Assembly (NCBI GenBank): GCA_041671545.1
Contig: JBAZBI010000016.1
Location: 20,637 to 84,636 of the forward strand
Reading direction: 5' to 3'
Length of the DNA: 64,000 nucleotides
Source: Ignavibacteriaceae bacterium
Lineage (GTDB): Bacteria; Bacteroidota; Ignavibacteria; Ignavibacteriales; Ignavibacteriaceae
Shown here piece by piece: positions 47,773 to 56,593 of this stretch. Position 1 is the stretch's first letter. The number at the start of each line of letters is the position of its first letter. Under the pieces are notes generated by a model, which saw only the letters and a list, made by a program, of their open reading frames with translations, had not been told where the DNA came from and ran no database searches. Both the position numbers and the translations under genes were made by a program.

Positions 47773-48377
47773 ATTAATTCCGAAGAATTTGTGCAATTTG
47801 GTAGTGAAAATAACGGAGAAACGAGTTCAAGCGAGCATCGACTATACTGTGAGGAACCGTTGCGAATTACTAAAAATAACAAGCTAAGGGAAAAATGATC
47901 TCACCTACCCCAGTGTTGCTAGTCTAGCCATCCAATATACTGCTGATGGTTTATCCTTTTGATTCGAAAGAAAGTTCGATTTGTATTTGATGTGGGATAT
48001 AAGTTCACAATCTGCAACTGTAAAGTATGACGATTCCCCTATGTTAATTGGAATCAACACTGACAACGAGTTATTCTAATACAAAAAAACGTTGATGTTC
48101 AACACTTTATCAGATTTTTCAATAAAGAAATATACGACCCAAATTGATTTGAGCCAATTTAAGTAACCAAAATGAGGTTGAAAATTTTGTTGTTTTCATG
48201 ATAATGAGATTTAAAAACTAAATAATTCTGAAAATGTTGCTCACTTGTTCTCTACTCTTTGTTCTAAATTTTCTATTACTTTTGAGTTCGCTTTCAAAAC
48301 ATTAAATCGATGCTTTATATTTTAGTATTCTCAGATATTTTTTAATTAAAACTCTTTTCGTAAAAGTTCCACCAAAC

Positions 48378-49691
48378 TCAGATCATTTTAATTCTATTCC
48401 AGTATCTTTCAATAAAGGAAATACATATAAGAAGAAATAAAAAACTCATCACGAAAAATGCAGCCCGAGTAATCATACTAAAAACAGAGAACGCATTAAT
48501 AACATAGAGATAAGTTAAATTAGTGAATGCTATCAAATCTCCATTTATAAAAAAGCGAAACCAAAAGAAGGTAGAAATCAATGAAATAAGGTAAGGAATA
48601 AGGAATAATCCTAAATTGCCGAAATCCGCATGAATATCTTTTAAGTATGTTGCAGCATTGCTCCAATTGGGAATATTATATCCACGTGGATAGAAATTCG
48701 GATGCTCAATTAACCCTAGTTTGGAAATTAAATTATAAAAAGGGAGTAAAGTGTTTTCTCCTATCATTGGATTCTCACTTTGTTTTTCAAAATACTTACT
48801 AAAGACTCCTACATCGGAACTAAAATAAAAATAGGTGGAGGCACTAACTAAGGGGATGCCCTCCCATTTTTTAAAAACATTAGTCTTCCCTTTAAAGTTT
48901 TCGTATTTCCCCCGAAATTCAATAACCACTGTCAAGCTAGTAACGACAATTGTAAATAACAATATACTCCCCAATACTAACTTTTTTGTACTCGAAATCG
49001 ATTTTGCAATTTGATGTTTAGATACGGTGTGTCTAAAAAGGAAAAAACTAGTAACCAACATTGCAAATCCCACAAAAATTCCACCTCTTCCTACAGATGC
49101 AGCATCTTTAATAATGATTGCAACCAAGGGTAAAAAGGTATAAAAAGAAATTTTGTTTTTAGCTGCCGTATATATACCACTCAATACAATTCCTGCGTAG
49201 GGAAGAACCGATAGATAAGGTATTCCACCTTCTAGTTCACCTGCCACCCTCATCCTATAAATAAGATTTGCTCGAATAATTATGGTTGTGAAGCTACCAA
49301 ATTTGTTAAGTAGAAATGTCCACTGTTGATAAGCGCTATAAAATCCAATAATTGAAGTAATCAGAATAATCACCTTAAGTACTTTAAAGTCATCCTCAAA
49401 TAAAACAGAGTGAACACGTACCCTGCCAATATCAAGTAGATTTTTTCTAAAAATATCTCTCGCGAAATAAACGGTTAGAGCACCCGACACAACACCTATG
49501 TGTGTTACAAAAAAGACTAAAAAAGCTTCATTTGAAATTTGAATATATCTAATAAATTTAAGCTCATAGAGGACTAAAAAAACTGTCCAGGCTAATGTAT
49601 GAATTAGTAAATGATTAAACCATTTTTTAAATATCCATTTGCTTAGTACAACTGTTGAAACAGAAATCATCAGAACTATTAAAATACTCAT
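48378..49691 (-). CDS. Wzy-like oligosaccharide repeat-unit polymerase
   Basis: 437 aa, about 11 TM helices with a larger loop. Location between Wzz and the rest of the polysaccharide locus. No strong sequence motif. Confidence 0.55.
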   Translation of the reverse strand: MSILIVLMISVSTVVLSKWIFKKWFNHLLIHTLAWTVFLVLYELKFIRYIQISNEAFLVFFVTHIGVVSGALTVYFARDIFRKNLLDIGRVRVHSVLFEDDFKVLKVIILITSIIGFYSAYQQWTFLLNKFGSFTTIIIRANLIYRMRVAGELEGGIPYLSVLPYAGIVLSGIYTAAKNKISFYTFLPLVAIIIKDAASVGRGGIFVGFAMLVTSFFLFRHTVSKHQIAKSISSTKKLVLGSILLFTIVVTSLTVVIEFRGKYENFKGKTNVFKKWEGIPLVSASTYFYFSSDVGVFSKYFEKQSENPMIGENTLLPFYNLISKLGLIEHPNFYPRGYNIPNWSNAATYLKDIHADFGNLGLFLIPYLISLISTFFWFRFFINGDLIAFTNLTYLYVINAFSVFSMITRAAFFVMSFLFLLICISFIERYWNRIKMI

Positions 49692-49696
49692 CGCAA

Positions 49697-50911
49697 TTAA
49701 ATCTTAATTCTATAAAACCGAGAGATATATTTATAATATTTTAATTCTTTTTCTTCTAAGGGATTCTTCAACTCAACTCTACTGGTTATTGATTCCATCC
49801 TAAATACTAATGGAACAAAAATAAAAGAACAAAGGAATAAACATGCAAGAACAAGAAATGATCTTTGCGGTCGGTATTTTATTTGAGGTGGGGAGGCCTT
49901 ATCTATGACCATTACGGTTGGAATACTTTTAACCTCTTCAACTTTAGCTTGTTCATACATAGGGAGTACCACTTCTAAAATCTTGCTTTGAATTTCAACT
50001 TCACGGTAAGTTCGTAAATAACTTATTGCAATATCTGGGAATTCTTTAAATGGTAGAAAAACGTTCGAATTTTGAGAAATGTTTTGAGAATTTTTTAGTT
50101 CAGCAACTTTATTTTTAAGAATTGTAAGTTCATTTAACGCAATTTGGTATTGCGGTGAACTATCTCCATATTGTTTTAACAAAAGTTCAATAACAACTTG
50201 TTTTTGAAATAATTGTGCTTCAATCTCTGCTGCTGCTTTATACGAAAGTTGCAATTGTTCTGGTACAGCTACTATTCCATACTTTTTTTGAAATTTAAAA
50301 AGTGAATCTTCTGCATTTTTTAAGTCATCCAGATTCTTCAAATATCTTTTCTCGACAAATAATCTGTTGTTTTTTGCAGACTCTGAATTAATCTTATTAT
50401 TCAAACTGTCCAATAGAACCACAAAATAATTTGCAATATCAGCAGATAATCGAGGATTTTTATTAACAACATTGATTTCTATAAAACCATTTTGATTTAC
50501 ATCAAAAGAAATATCATTAACAAAAATTTTTACAGCTTTATCATAATTCCTATCGTCAATACTATAATACTCCAGCAAATGGAATTTATTAATAGTATTG
50601 AGTATTGCTGTTTTACTATTAAGAATACCCAAAATCATATCTTCGGATGAATTTGAACCTCCTAATAGCTTACTTCCCAAGGATGCGCCGCTCGATTTTC
50701 CGCTCAAGAGACCGGTTAAGCCACTCAATCCCATTGATGATTCCGGAGAAATCATCACAACAGCACTAGACTTATAAGTATTTGGAATTAACAAACTAAT
50801 TCCGGCTGTTATTAAACCAACAACAATCAAACTAACCAGTAGAAATTTTTTCCATTTAATTAAAATGAACAGATAATCGGATATTGACGGGTTATTGTTT
50901 GGAGTTTTCAT
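49697..50911 (-). CDS. polysaccharide chain-length determinant (Wzz/PCP) without kinase domain
   Basis: Wzz-type N-terminus (DYLFILIKWKKFLLVSLIVVGLITAGISLLIPNTYKSSAVV), long coiled-coil periplasmic region, C-terminal TM helix. Confidence 0.65.
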   Translation of the reverse strand: MKTPNNNPSISDYLFILIKWKKFLLVSLIVVGLITAGISLLIPNTYKSSAVVMISPESSMGLSGLTGLLSGKSSGASLGSKLLGGSNSSEDMILGILNSKTAILNTINKFHLLEYYSIDDRNYDKAVKIFVNDISFDVNQNGFIEINVVNKNPRLSADIANYFVVLLDSLNNKINSESAKNNRLFVEKRYLKNLDDLKNAEDSLFKFQKKYGIVAVPEQLQLSYKAAAEIEAQLFQKQVVIELLLKQYGDSSPQYQIALNELTILKNKVAELKNSQNISQNSNVFLPFKEFPDIAISYLRTYREVEIQSKILEVVLPMYEQAKVEEVKSIPTVMVIDKASPPQIKYRPQRSFLVLACLFLCSFIFVPLVFRMESITSRVELKNPLEEKELKYYKYISRFYRIKI

Positions 50912-51121
50912 AAACTAAATTGTGACCTAATTCTTTCGATAGATTAATTTTATATGGATTTAAACTGAGACATCGTAAAATTTGCAAAGATTTGTGATAA
51001 TTTAACACAATTCTTCTGATTAGACAATTCAAATTTGTCCCATTGTAACTTGTAATTTTCATATTGAATAATCTCTTCCCCAGTGTAGTTAAACTATAAT
51101 GATTATTTACCATACTCAATA

Positions 51122-51991
51122 CTAAAGAGTATCAAGTTTACCAAATTTATTTTTTCTAAAGTGAATGTACCCTTTTAAAATCATATAATATTTATAAAAT
51201 TTTTTATCTTCAAACAACAATATTTTGATTAACTCCTTTATCAAATTCTTTTTATCCTTATTTATAAATTCATGAAATGAATCCTTGTACAGCTTATACA
51301 CATAAAATCTATTTCTGGTTCTGTAATACCATCTAGAAGGAGAATGGTTCGTGGGGAAAAACTTTTTTGAGAAAATCCTTTTTGTGTTAATTTCTCCTAG
51401 GTTATGATAAACGAAAGTGTTGTTGAGTTGAAAAATTTTATATCCTTTTGAAATTGTTTTTAATGAATACTCATAATCAACATAATCAATAAAAAGAGAG
51501 TTGAGAAATCCACCTATTTCATTATAAACGGATAATTTAATTATGCTTCCACTTGTCATTGCAACAAAAATTTCTTGTAGGAGATGCGATGGAGGAATTC
51601 GTGGATTTATTGGATGTACAACAAAAGGAGATAAAATCCCGATATCGTCATTTTTCTTAAACTCTTTTATCATACTTGCTACTAAATTGTTCGATGTTTT
51701 ACTATCCTGATCCATTGTCAGTAAGAAATCAAAGCCTTCGGAAGTCGCATATTTTGCAGCTTGATTTAGAGCAAAAGCAATTCCAAGATTCGCTTTGTTA
51801 ATGACAAGTCTAATCTTGGGATTCGAAAAAAAAGATTTTATATTATCATCAAGGTCAACTTCAGAGTTATCGATAATATATAAAAGATCAACCTGATTAA
51901 GATAACTTAATGCATTTTCAATTATTTCAGATTTCGGATTAAACGTTACCGTTACTCCAGCGATTCTTACTTTCTCATCTTTCATAATCAA
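51122..51991 (-). CDS. GT2-family glycosyltransferase (rhamnosyltransferase-like)
   Basis: AGVTVTFNP, YIIDNSE, LTMDQDS, DYVDYEYSL. Confidence 0.8.
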   Translation of the reverse strand: MIMKDEKVRIAGVTVTFNPKSEIIENALSYLNQVDLLYIIDNSEVDLDDNIKSFFSNPKIRLVINKANLGIAFALNQAAKYATSEGFDFLLTMDQDSKTSNNLVASMIKEFKKNDDIGILSPFVVHPINPRIPPSHLLQEIFVAMTSGSIIKLSVYNEIGGFLNSLFIDYVDYEYSLKTISKGYKIFQLNNTFVYHNLGEINTKRIFSKKFFPTNHSPSRWYYRTRNRFYVYKLYKDSFHEFINKDKKNLIKELIKILLFEDKKFYKYYMILKGYIHFRKNKFGKLDTL

Positions 51992-52043
51992 ATTTATTTT
52001 AAGATCCTAAAAATGAATTTATTAAATAAAGCATTTTTAAATA

Positions 52044-53567
52044 TCATTTCCTTATATATAAACTATTTAACAACCTTTGAGTTTTTGATTGTACCAAACT
52101 TCTTTCCTCACTCGTTAATAAATAGTTCCAACTCACTAAGTAGAAAACTATAAATAAGGGACCAATGAATAATAGTTTACTTAAAACACCCTCTAATTGA
52201 AAAGGGATAATTAATATGAGTACATGAATTAGTATAAAAAAATGGAGTTTGCTGTGAATACTTATTGTAAATATTTTCAATGCCATTAAGTATATAGCAA
52301 GAGTATCAATTGTTCCTATTACCATATATGTAGTTGCCGCTCCTGTTATCCCCCATCTAGTTATCGAAAACCACATAATAAGCAAATAAAAAGGTAACTC
52401 AAATAAATTAATCAGAGTAGGTATTTTAGGTTTGCCTGCCCCTTGAAAAAAAATATTTGGAACTAAGCCAAGGCAATTCATTAATATACCAACCGATAAA
52501 AGTCGTAAAATATGTGCACTATGTTTGGCAAATTCGGCGCCTAACCACAAATTCATAGCTTCCTTTGCAAAGGTAATTATAAATACAACTATCGGAAAAA
52601 TCACAAAAAAAACAACTTTAACACCTCTAAGGAATAATTTTTTTGACAATTCTGGCTTAGTTGAAAAATTTGCAGAGAAAACCGGAAACAAAACTGTCAC
52701 CAACGCACTAGGAATAATAAGCAACTTAGTTATCACTTCATAAGGAGTAGCATAGTAGGTTATTGCAACCGCAGAAACTTTCATCCCAATTAAAAATCTA
52801 TCTGAATAGAGCATTAATGGTCCAATAATATTAGCTAAACTAATCCAAAAGCTAAATTTTAAAAGTGGTTTAATACTATTAAAACTAAATTTTATTTCAC
52901 TCCAAATATTCTTATTAAGTCTAAAGTTTAATACAAGATATACTGACCAAACAAAAAAACGAATAAAAATCAAAGAAATCACAATCCAGAATAAACTTTT
53001 AGTAAAAATTAATACCAGTAAAGGGATGAGAAATGTAGATATTCCAAGAATGACTCTTATTAAATTTACCGCATAGAATTTTTGATATGCTTCCAGAACT
53101 CCTCTTAAGCCGGCAGCTGTTGTTATAAGTGGTATTGATAATGACACTACAAAAAATATTTTATAGGTCTCTGGTTTTAAATTTGGGGATATATTTAAAT
53201 ATTTATTAAGTAGCGAGGGAATAAAATAGGTCGAAATTCCAGCTACTATTAAACTAACCACGAGCATCAAGAATAGTGCTGACCAAAAAATTATTGGAAT
53301 TTCCTCTGTTTTATTAAGACCAATTTTTTCGGCTATTACTTTTGTTAGACTTCTACCAATTCCTAAGTCTAAAAAACTAAAATACCCTATGACCATCCAA
53401 ACTAAGCTCAATATCCCAAATCTTTCTTTCCCCAAACCATGCACGAGTGGAGGGATAAGTACCAGTGCAACTAATCCAGGGATCCCATAACCTAAAAGAT
53501 TATAGATTGTGTTTTTCGCAATTAAATTTCCACTTGTTGATAAGGCCGAATTACCAGAATCTTTCAC
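52044..53567 (-). CDS. wzx: Wzx-type flippase (MOP superfamily)
   Basis: 507 aa, about 14 TM helices, N-terminus IAKNTIYNLLGYGIPGLVALVLIPPLVHGLGKERFG typical of O-unit flippases. Confidence 0.8.
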   Translation of the reverse strand: MKDSGNSALSTSGNLIAKNTIYNLLGYGIPGLVALVLIPPLVHGLGKERFGILSLVWMVIGYFSFLDLGIGRSLTKVIAEKIGLNKTEEIPIIFWSALFLMLVVSLIVAGISTYFIPSLLNKYLNISPNLKPETYKIFFVVSLSIPLITTAAGLRGVLEAYQKFYAVNLIRVILGISTFLIPLLVLIFTKSLFWIVISLIFIRFFVWSVYLVLNFRLNKNIWSEIKFSFNSIKPLLKFSFWISLANIIGPLMLYSDRFLIGMKVSAVAITYYATPYEVITKLLIIPSALVTVLFPVFSANFSTKPELSKKLFLRGVKVVFFVIFPIVVFIITFAKEAMNLWLGAEFAKHSAHILRLLSVGILMNCLGLVPNIFFQGAGKPKIPTLINLFELPFYLLIMWFSITRWGITGAATTYMVIGTIDTLAIYLMALKIFTISIHSKLHFFILIHVLILIIPFQLEGVLSKLLFIGPLFIVFYLVSWNYLLTSEERSLVQSKTQRLLNSLYIRK

Positions 53568-53755
53568 GAAATCTTCCTAATGTTTTCTATAAGTGCTTTC
53601 TTGGTACTTTTTAGACACGCACCTTGATAATTAATAAGAATGATTTTTCCGTTTATTTGGAAATCAGAATATTGCAAATCATTACAAGAAGATTTTTCCG
53701 AATTGCAGAAAGACCATTTCCCCAGAGGCGACAAAAAATATATAAACTTTCTCAT
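53564..53755 (-). CDS. possible 63-aa ORF coupled to wzx (doubtful)
   Basis: Its stop overlaps the wzx ATG (ATGA). No recognisable family; may be a gene remnant. Confidence 0.2.
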   Translation of the reverse strand: MRKFIYFLSPLGKWSFCNSEKSSCNDLQYSDFQINGKIILINYQGACLKSTKKALIENIRKIS

Positions 53756-53876
53756 TTGTCAATTTGTTTCAAAACTACTGATAGATGATATAAAGAAGTA
53801 TATGGAAGCAAAATAGTGTTACAATCAATTAAAACAATTCTAAAATGTATAGTTGAGAAAATTGATGGGCTTAATA

Positions 53877-55268
53877 TTATTTTTTAAACTGTATCACCAA
53901 CAACAGCACCGTTGCCAATGCCGTAACAATACTACTTATCGCCATCACTCTATCCAAATAATAGCTAAAGGTTCGTACCGGTTCTTTGGGTAGCCAAATA
54001 AAATCTCCAGGCTCTATTGTATAAGAAACATCCTTTTCTATCTTTGTCCAACTCCTGCTTTTCCCTTTAATTAGATAAATATCTTCTTTTGCGTTTTGTC
54101 CTTTGCCACCTGCTTTGGAGATATAAAAATCAACCCCTTTCCCATCAACAAAAGCAATATATCCGGGAGTATAGACTTGTCCAAATACATATACAAGGTT
54201 TAGTTTTTCGGGAATGTGAATATAGTCGCCGTTTCTAACTGAAAATTTGCTTGCTGCAGACGAAGTATCTATTATCTTCGCAAAGTCCAATACTCCGTTT
54301 CCTCTAATAAAACGAAGTTTATTATCAATAGCTAATGAAACTGAATCTTCTTGAGTAATTTCTGCCATACGACTCATCAAAAATTGATCGAGTTCTTCGG
54401 AAAAAAGTGTTGATTTGAATACGTTTGCGCCTCTAATTAGTTCAGCTCTTGACAAATCTGCACTTGGTAAAAATCCACCCGCTTTTTCGATAACTTCCTT
54501 TAATGTAGTTGACCCTTTCGAAATAGTGATTGTCCCCGGTCGGGAAACTTCACCTGCTACCGTTACGCTAAAGTCTCTGCGAAAAGTCTCTTCACCAATT
54601 ATTGTAATTCTATCGCCTCTTTTTAGAATCGGATTGTCAGAAATGTTAACGATCATTCTAGTTTCTTTTTCTCCGGAAGCATCTAATCTGCTAATTTCCG
54701 CGGAAGTAACTTTTTCAAATCCTTTGTCGATACCTCCGGCAAAAAGGATCGCATCTTCTAATTTATCTCCTTCAACAAATTGAAATTTGGAGGTCTGATT
54801 AACAGCACCGGTAATAAAAACAAAATTTCTCTCCCGGTCGATAAAAGGAAAGATAATTACATCATCATTTTGGAGATATGGATTTTGCGAATAATCTCCC
54901 GTAAATCGATATTTTTCTAAATCTATTGTTAATTTCTGCCCGTTAACTCTTTTAACTTGAATATCTCTTTTAGTGAAATCAGCAAGTTGCCTGAAAACTA
55001 ACTCCCTTTGTTCTGCATTTGCGGTTGTCCCGACTCTTTCAGTTTTTGCCGCATTAAAAATTCTTGTCACAAACTGGTCAACTCTTTCACCGATAACTGC
55101 CGGGAAAGTGCCGGTAACTATAAAATCTCCGCCAATGGTAACGCTTATTGTACTTTGCCTTGGGGTTGAGTCAAAATTAAATTCGTTTTTATTTTGGGAT
55201 AGTATAAAACCTTGAAAGAGTATAACTACCGTAAAAAGAGTTAATTTCGCATTTATTTTTTTGTGCAT
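53877..55268 (-). CDS. polysaccharide export protein (Wza/SLBB-domain family)
   Basis: Signal peptide, Poly_export-like segment (NDDVIIFPF) and repeated SLBB units (GAVNQTSKFQF...AGG, GEVSRPGTITI...AGG, VFGQVYTPGYI...AGG). C-terminal TM helix. Confidence 0.8.
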   Translation of the reverse strand: MHKKINAKLTLFTVVILFQGFILSQNKNEFNFDSTPRQSTISVTIGGDFIVTGTFPAVIGERVDQFVTRIFNAAKTERVGTTANAEQRELVFRQLADFTKRDIQVKRVNGQKLTIDLEKYRFTGDYSQNPYLQNDDVIIFPFIDRERNFVFITGAVNQTSKFQFVEGDKLEDAILFAGGIDKGFEKVTSAEISRLDASGEKETRMIVNISDNPILKRGDRITIIGEETFRRDFSVTVAGEVSRPGTITISKGSTTLKEVIEKAGGFLPSADLSRAELIRGANVFKSTLFSEELDQFLMSRMAEITQEDSVSLAIDNKLRFIRGNGVLDFAKIIDTSSAASKFSVRNGDYIHIPEKLNLVYVFGQVYTPGYIAFVDGKGVDFYISKAGGKGQNAKEDIYLIKGKSRSWTKIEKDVSYTIEPGDFIWLPKEPVRTFSYYLDRVMAISSIVTALATVLLLVIQFKK

Positions 55269-55441
55269 AGGGTAAACAAATTATTATTAATAAGTTCAAA
55301 GTTAATTATAAATTTTAAAATATTTGCGGAAAATTTTCCCCCTAAATCAATTTAATTGAGAATTTTAAAGATCGAGAAGACGTTAACTTCTCTTTACCAT
55401 TATTCTATGTCATGATGCAGAACAAATATTCAAAAAAACTA

Positions 55442-55469
55442 TTGACTTTGTTTAGAAAAAAGGTAAAAT
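55442..55469 (+). promoter_or_regulatory. possible promoter for the small HTH-like ORF (TTGACT-16-TAAAAT)
   Basis: Hexamers at 55442-55447 and 55464-55469. Confidence 0.3.
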
Positions 55470-55640
55470 TACTCATGAAGTTTTATTAATTCTTAAACTT
55501 CCGCTTACAGTTAGGCGTCTAATTCATAAAATATGGAATTCTTTTAAAAAGAATTTTGTTTATTAAATAACGAAAGGGAAATTATAGACCATTTGATACC
55601 TTGAGTAATGTTCAATAAAAACTAACAAAAGGTGATACAT

Positions 55641-55889
55641 ATGCTAACTGTAAAATCAAAAATGGAAAATCCGTTGTCTGATCTTATCAGCGACGATATT
55701 TACCAATTGTTGAACGAGCACGGGCTCATCGACGAAAAATCGGTTCGTGACTATAAAATTCGCAAACAATTTAGAACGCTCCGTACAAGCAAAATTAGTG
55801 CGGGTGACGCTATTGATGCGATCAGAGAAGAATATCCTTACCTTCAATTTGACACCATTAGAAAAATTGTCTATCAACTTAGTAAGTAA
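55641..55889 (+). CDS. small hypothetical protein, possibly HTH (Mor / sigma-70 region 4-like)
   Basis: 82 aa from the ATG at 55641, preceded by AAGGTG. VRDYKIRKQF...AIDAIREEYPYLQFDTIRKIVYQ resembles small Mor-like activators. Weak call. Confidence 0.45.
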   Translation: MLTVKSKMENPLSDLISDDIYQLLNEHGLIDEKSVRDYKIRKQFRTLRTSKISAGDAIDAIREEYPYLQFDTIRKIVYQLSK

Positions 55890-55892
55890 TTA

Positions 55893-55921
55893 TTGACAAT
55901 GTGCATTTGAAGTTCTATATT
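55893..55921 (+). promoter_or_regulatory. sigma70-like promoter (TTGACA-17-TATATT)
   Basis: -35 TTGACA at 55893-55898, 17-nt spacer, -10 TATATT at 55916-55921. Confidence 0.5.
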
Positions 55922-55927
55922 TTCAGT

Positions 55928-56009
55928 GTCTTTCTTGCAGATTTCTCCCCTGGTCTGCAAGATAATACAGACAACCCAGTGTTTTCCCCGACACTGGGTT
56001 TTTATTTTA
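55928..56009 (+). ncRNA. candidate small RNA or 5' leader attenuator with two C-rich loops
   Basis: Lies between a near-consensus promoter (55893-55921) and an intrinsic terminator. Stem-loop 1 is 55934-55941/55954-55961 with loop TTTCTCCCCTGG. Stem-loop 2 is the terminator, with loop TTTCCCCG. Confidence 0.3.
55973..56009 (+). terminator. rho-independent terminator
   Basis: AACCCAGTGT / ACACTGGGTT 10-bp stem, 8-nt loop, followed by TTTATTTT. Confidence 0.65.
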
Positions 56010-56029
56010 CTTTTTTATGAGAGACATAT

Positions 56030-56302
56030 ATGGCAAAAGCTATTAGAAAAAAAGGAAACGTAAAAGTATCAAAAGTATTAACCTCCCCTTTTAATATTTA
56101 TTGGTCAAAAACAAACTACATGATCTTAGCATTAGGTTTGTTACTTTCCATTCTGGGATATTATTTCCTTTCTGTAAAACCGTGGAATAGTTCAGTATCT
56201 CTTTATCTGGCTCCCGTTATTCTTGTTCTTGTTTATATTGTGTTATTCCCACTCTCCATTTTGATCAAAAAGAAAGAACAGCCAGAACAGGAATCGAAGT
56301 AA
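56030..56302 (+). CDS. DUF3098-like small two-TM membrane protein
   Basis: Basic N-terminus, then NYMILALGLLLSILGYYFL and a second TM helix. This is the architecture of the Bacteroidota DUF3098 family. Confidence 0.65.
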   Translation: MAKAIRKKGNVKVSKVLTSPFNIYWSKTNYMILALGLLLSILGYYFLSVKPWNSSVSLYLAPVILVLVYIVLFPLSILIKKKEQPEQESK

Positions 56303-56303
56303 G

Positions 56304-56582
56304 TTGGTACTTGCTAAGGTTAAAGGGAATGTTGTTTCAACACATAAAAATGAGCACCTGAACGGAAATAAATTGATGGTGGTTCACCAGATTGATCTCG
56401 AGGGCAATTTTATGGGTAAACAGGATGTAGTTGCCATTGATTTAATAGATTCAGGTATCGGAGATACAGTCCTTCTTGTACAAGAAGGTGATGCGGTACA
56501 ACAAATAATTAAAAACAAAAAAGCCCCGGTTCATTCAATAATTGTAGCCATAGTGGATAAGATAGATCACTCAAACTTATAA
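56304..56582 (+). CDS. EutN/CcmL-family protein (bacterial microcompartment vertex pentamer homologue)
   Basis: MVLAKVKGNVVST...KLMVVHQIDLEGNFMGKQDVVAIDLIDSGIGDTVLLVQEGDA...PVHSIIVAIVDKI aligns along its length with the EutN pattern MKLAxVxGxVVxT..KLL.V..ID..G...G...VAID.IGAG.G..VLLV. TTG start lies 1 nt after the DUF3098 stop. Confidence 0.85.
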   Translation: MVLAKVKGNVVSTHKNEHLNGNKLMVVHQIDLEGNFMGKQDVVAIDLIDSGIGDTVLLVQEGDAVQQIIKNKKAPVHSIIVAIVDKIDHSNL

Positions 56583-56593
56583 AGAGAATTTCG

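Noticed and set aside
47895-48065. Calling the minus-strand fragment ...IPINIGESSYFTVADCELISHIKYK... a specific pseudogene
   Set aside because: It has no start codon and no family I can recognise by eye. It is kept only as a note within the non-coding gap finding.
50892-51119. 75-aa minus-strand ORF between the GT2 and wzz genes
   Set aside because: It overlaps the wzz start by 20 nt, has no motifs and has odd composition. It is probably non-coding spacer.
55328-55339. 12-bp perfect palindrome GGAAAATTTTCC upstream of the wza-like gene
   Set aside because: Six-pair AT-rich palindromes are expected many times by chance in 64 kb of AT-rich DNA, and there is no second copy or supporting context.
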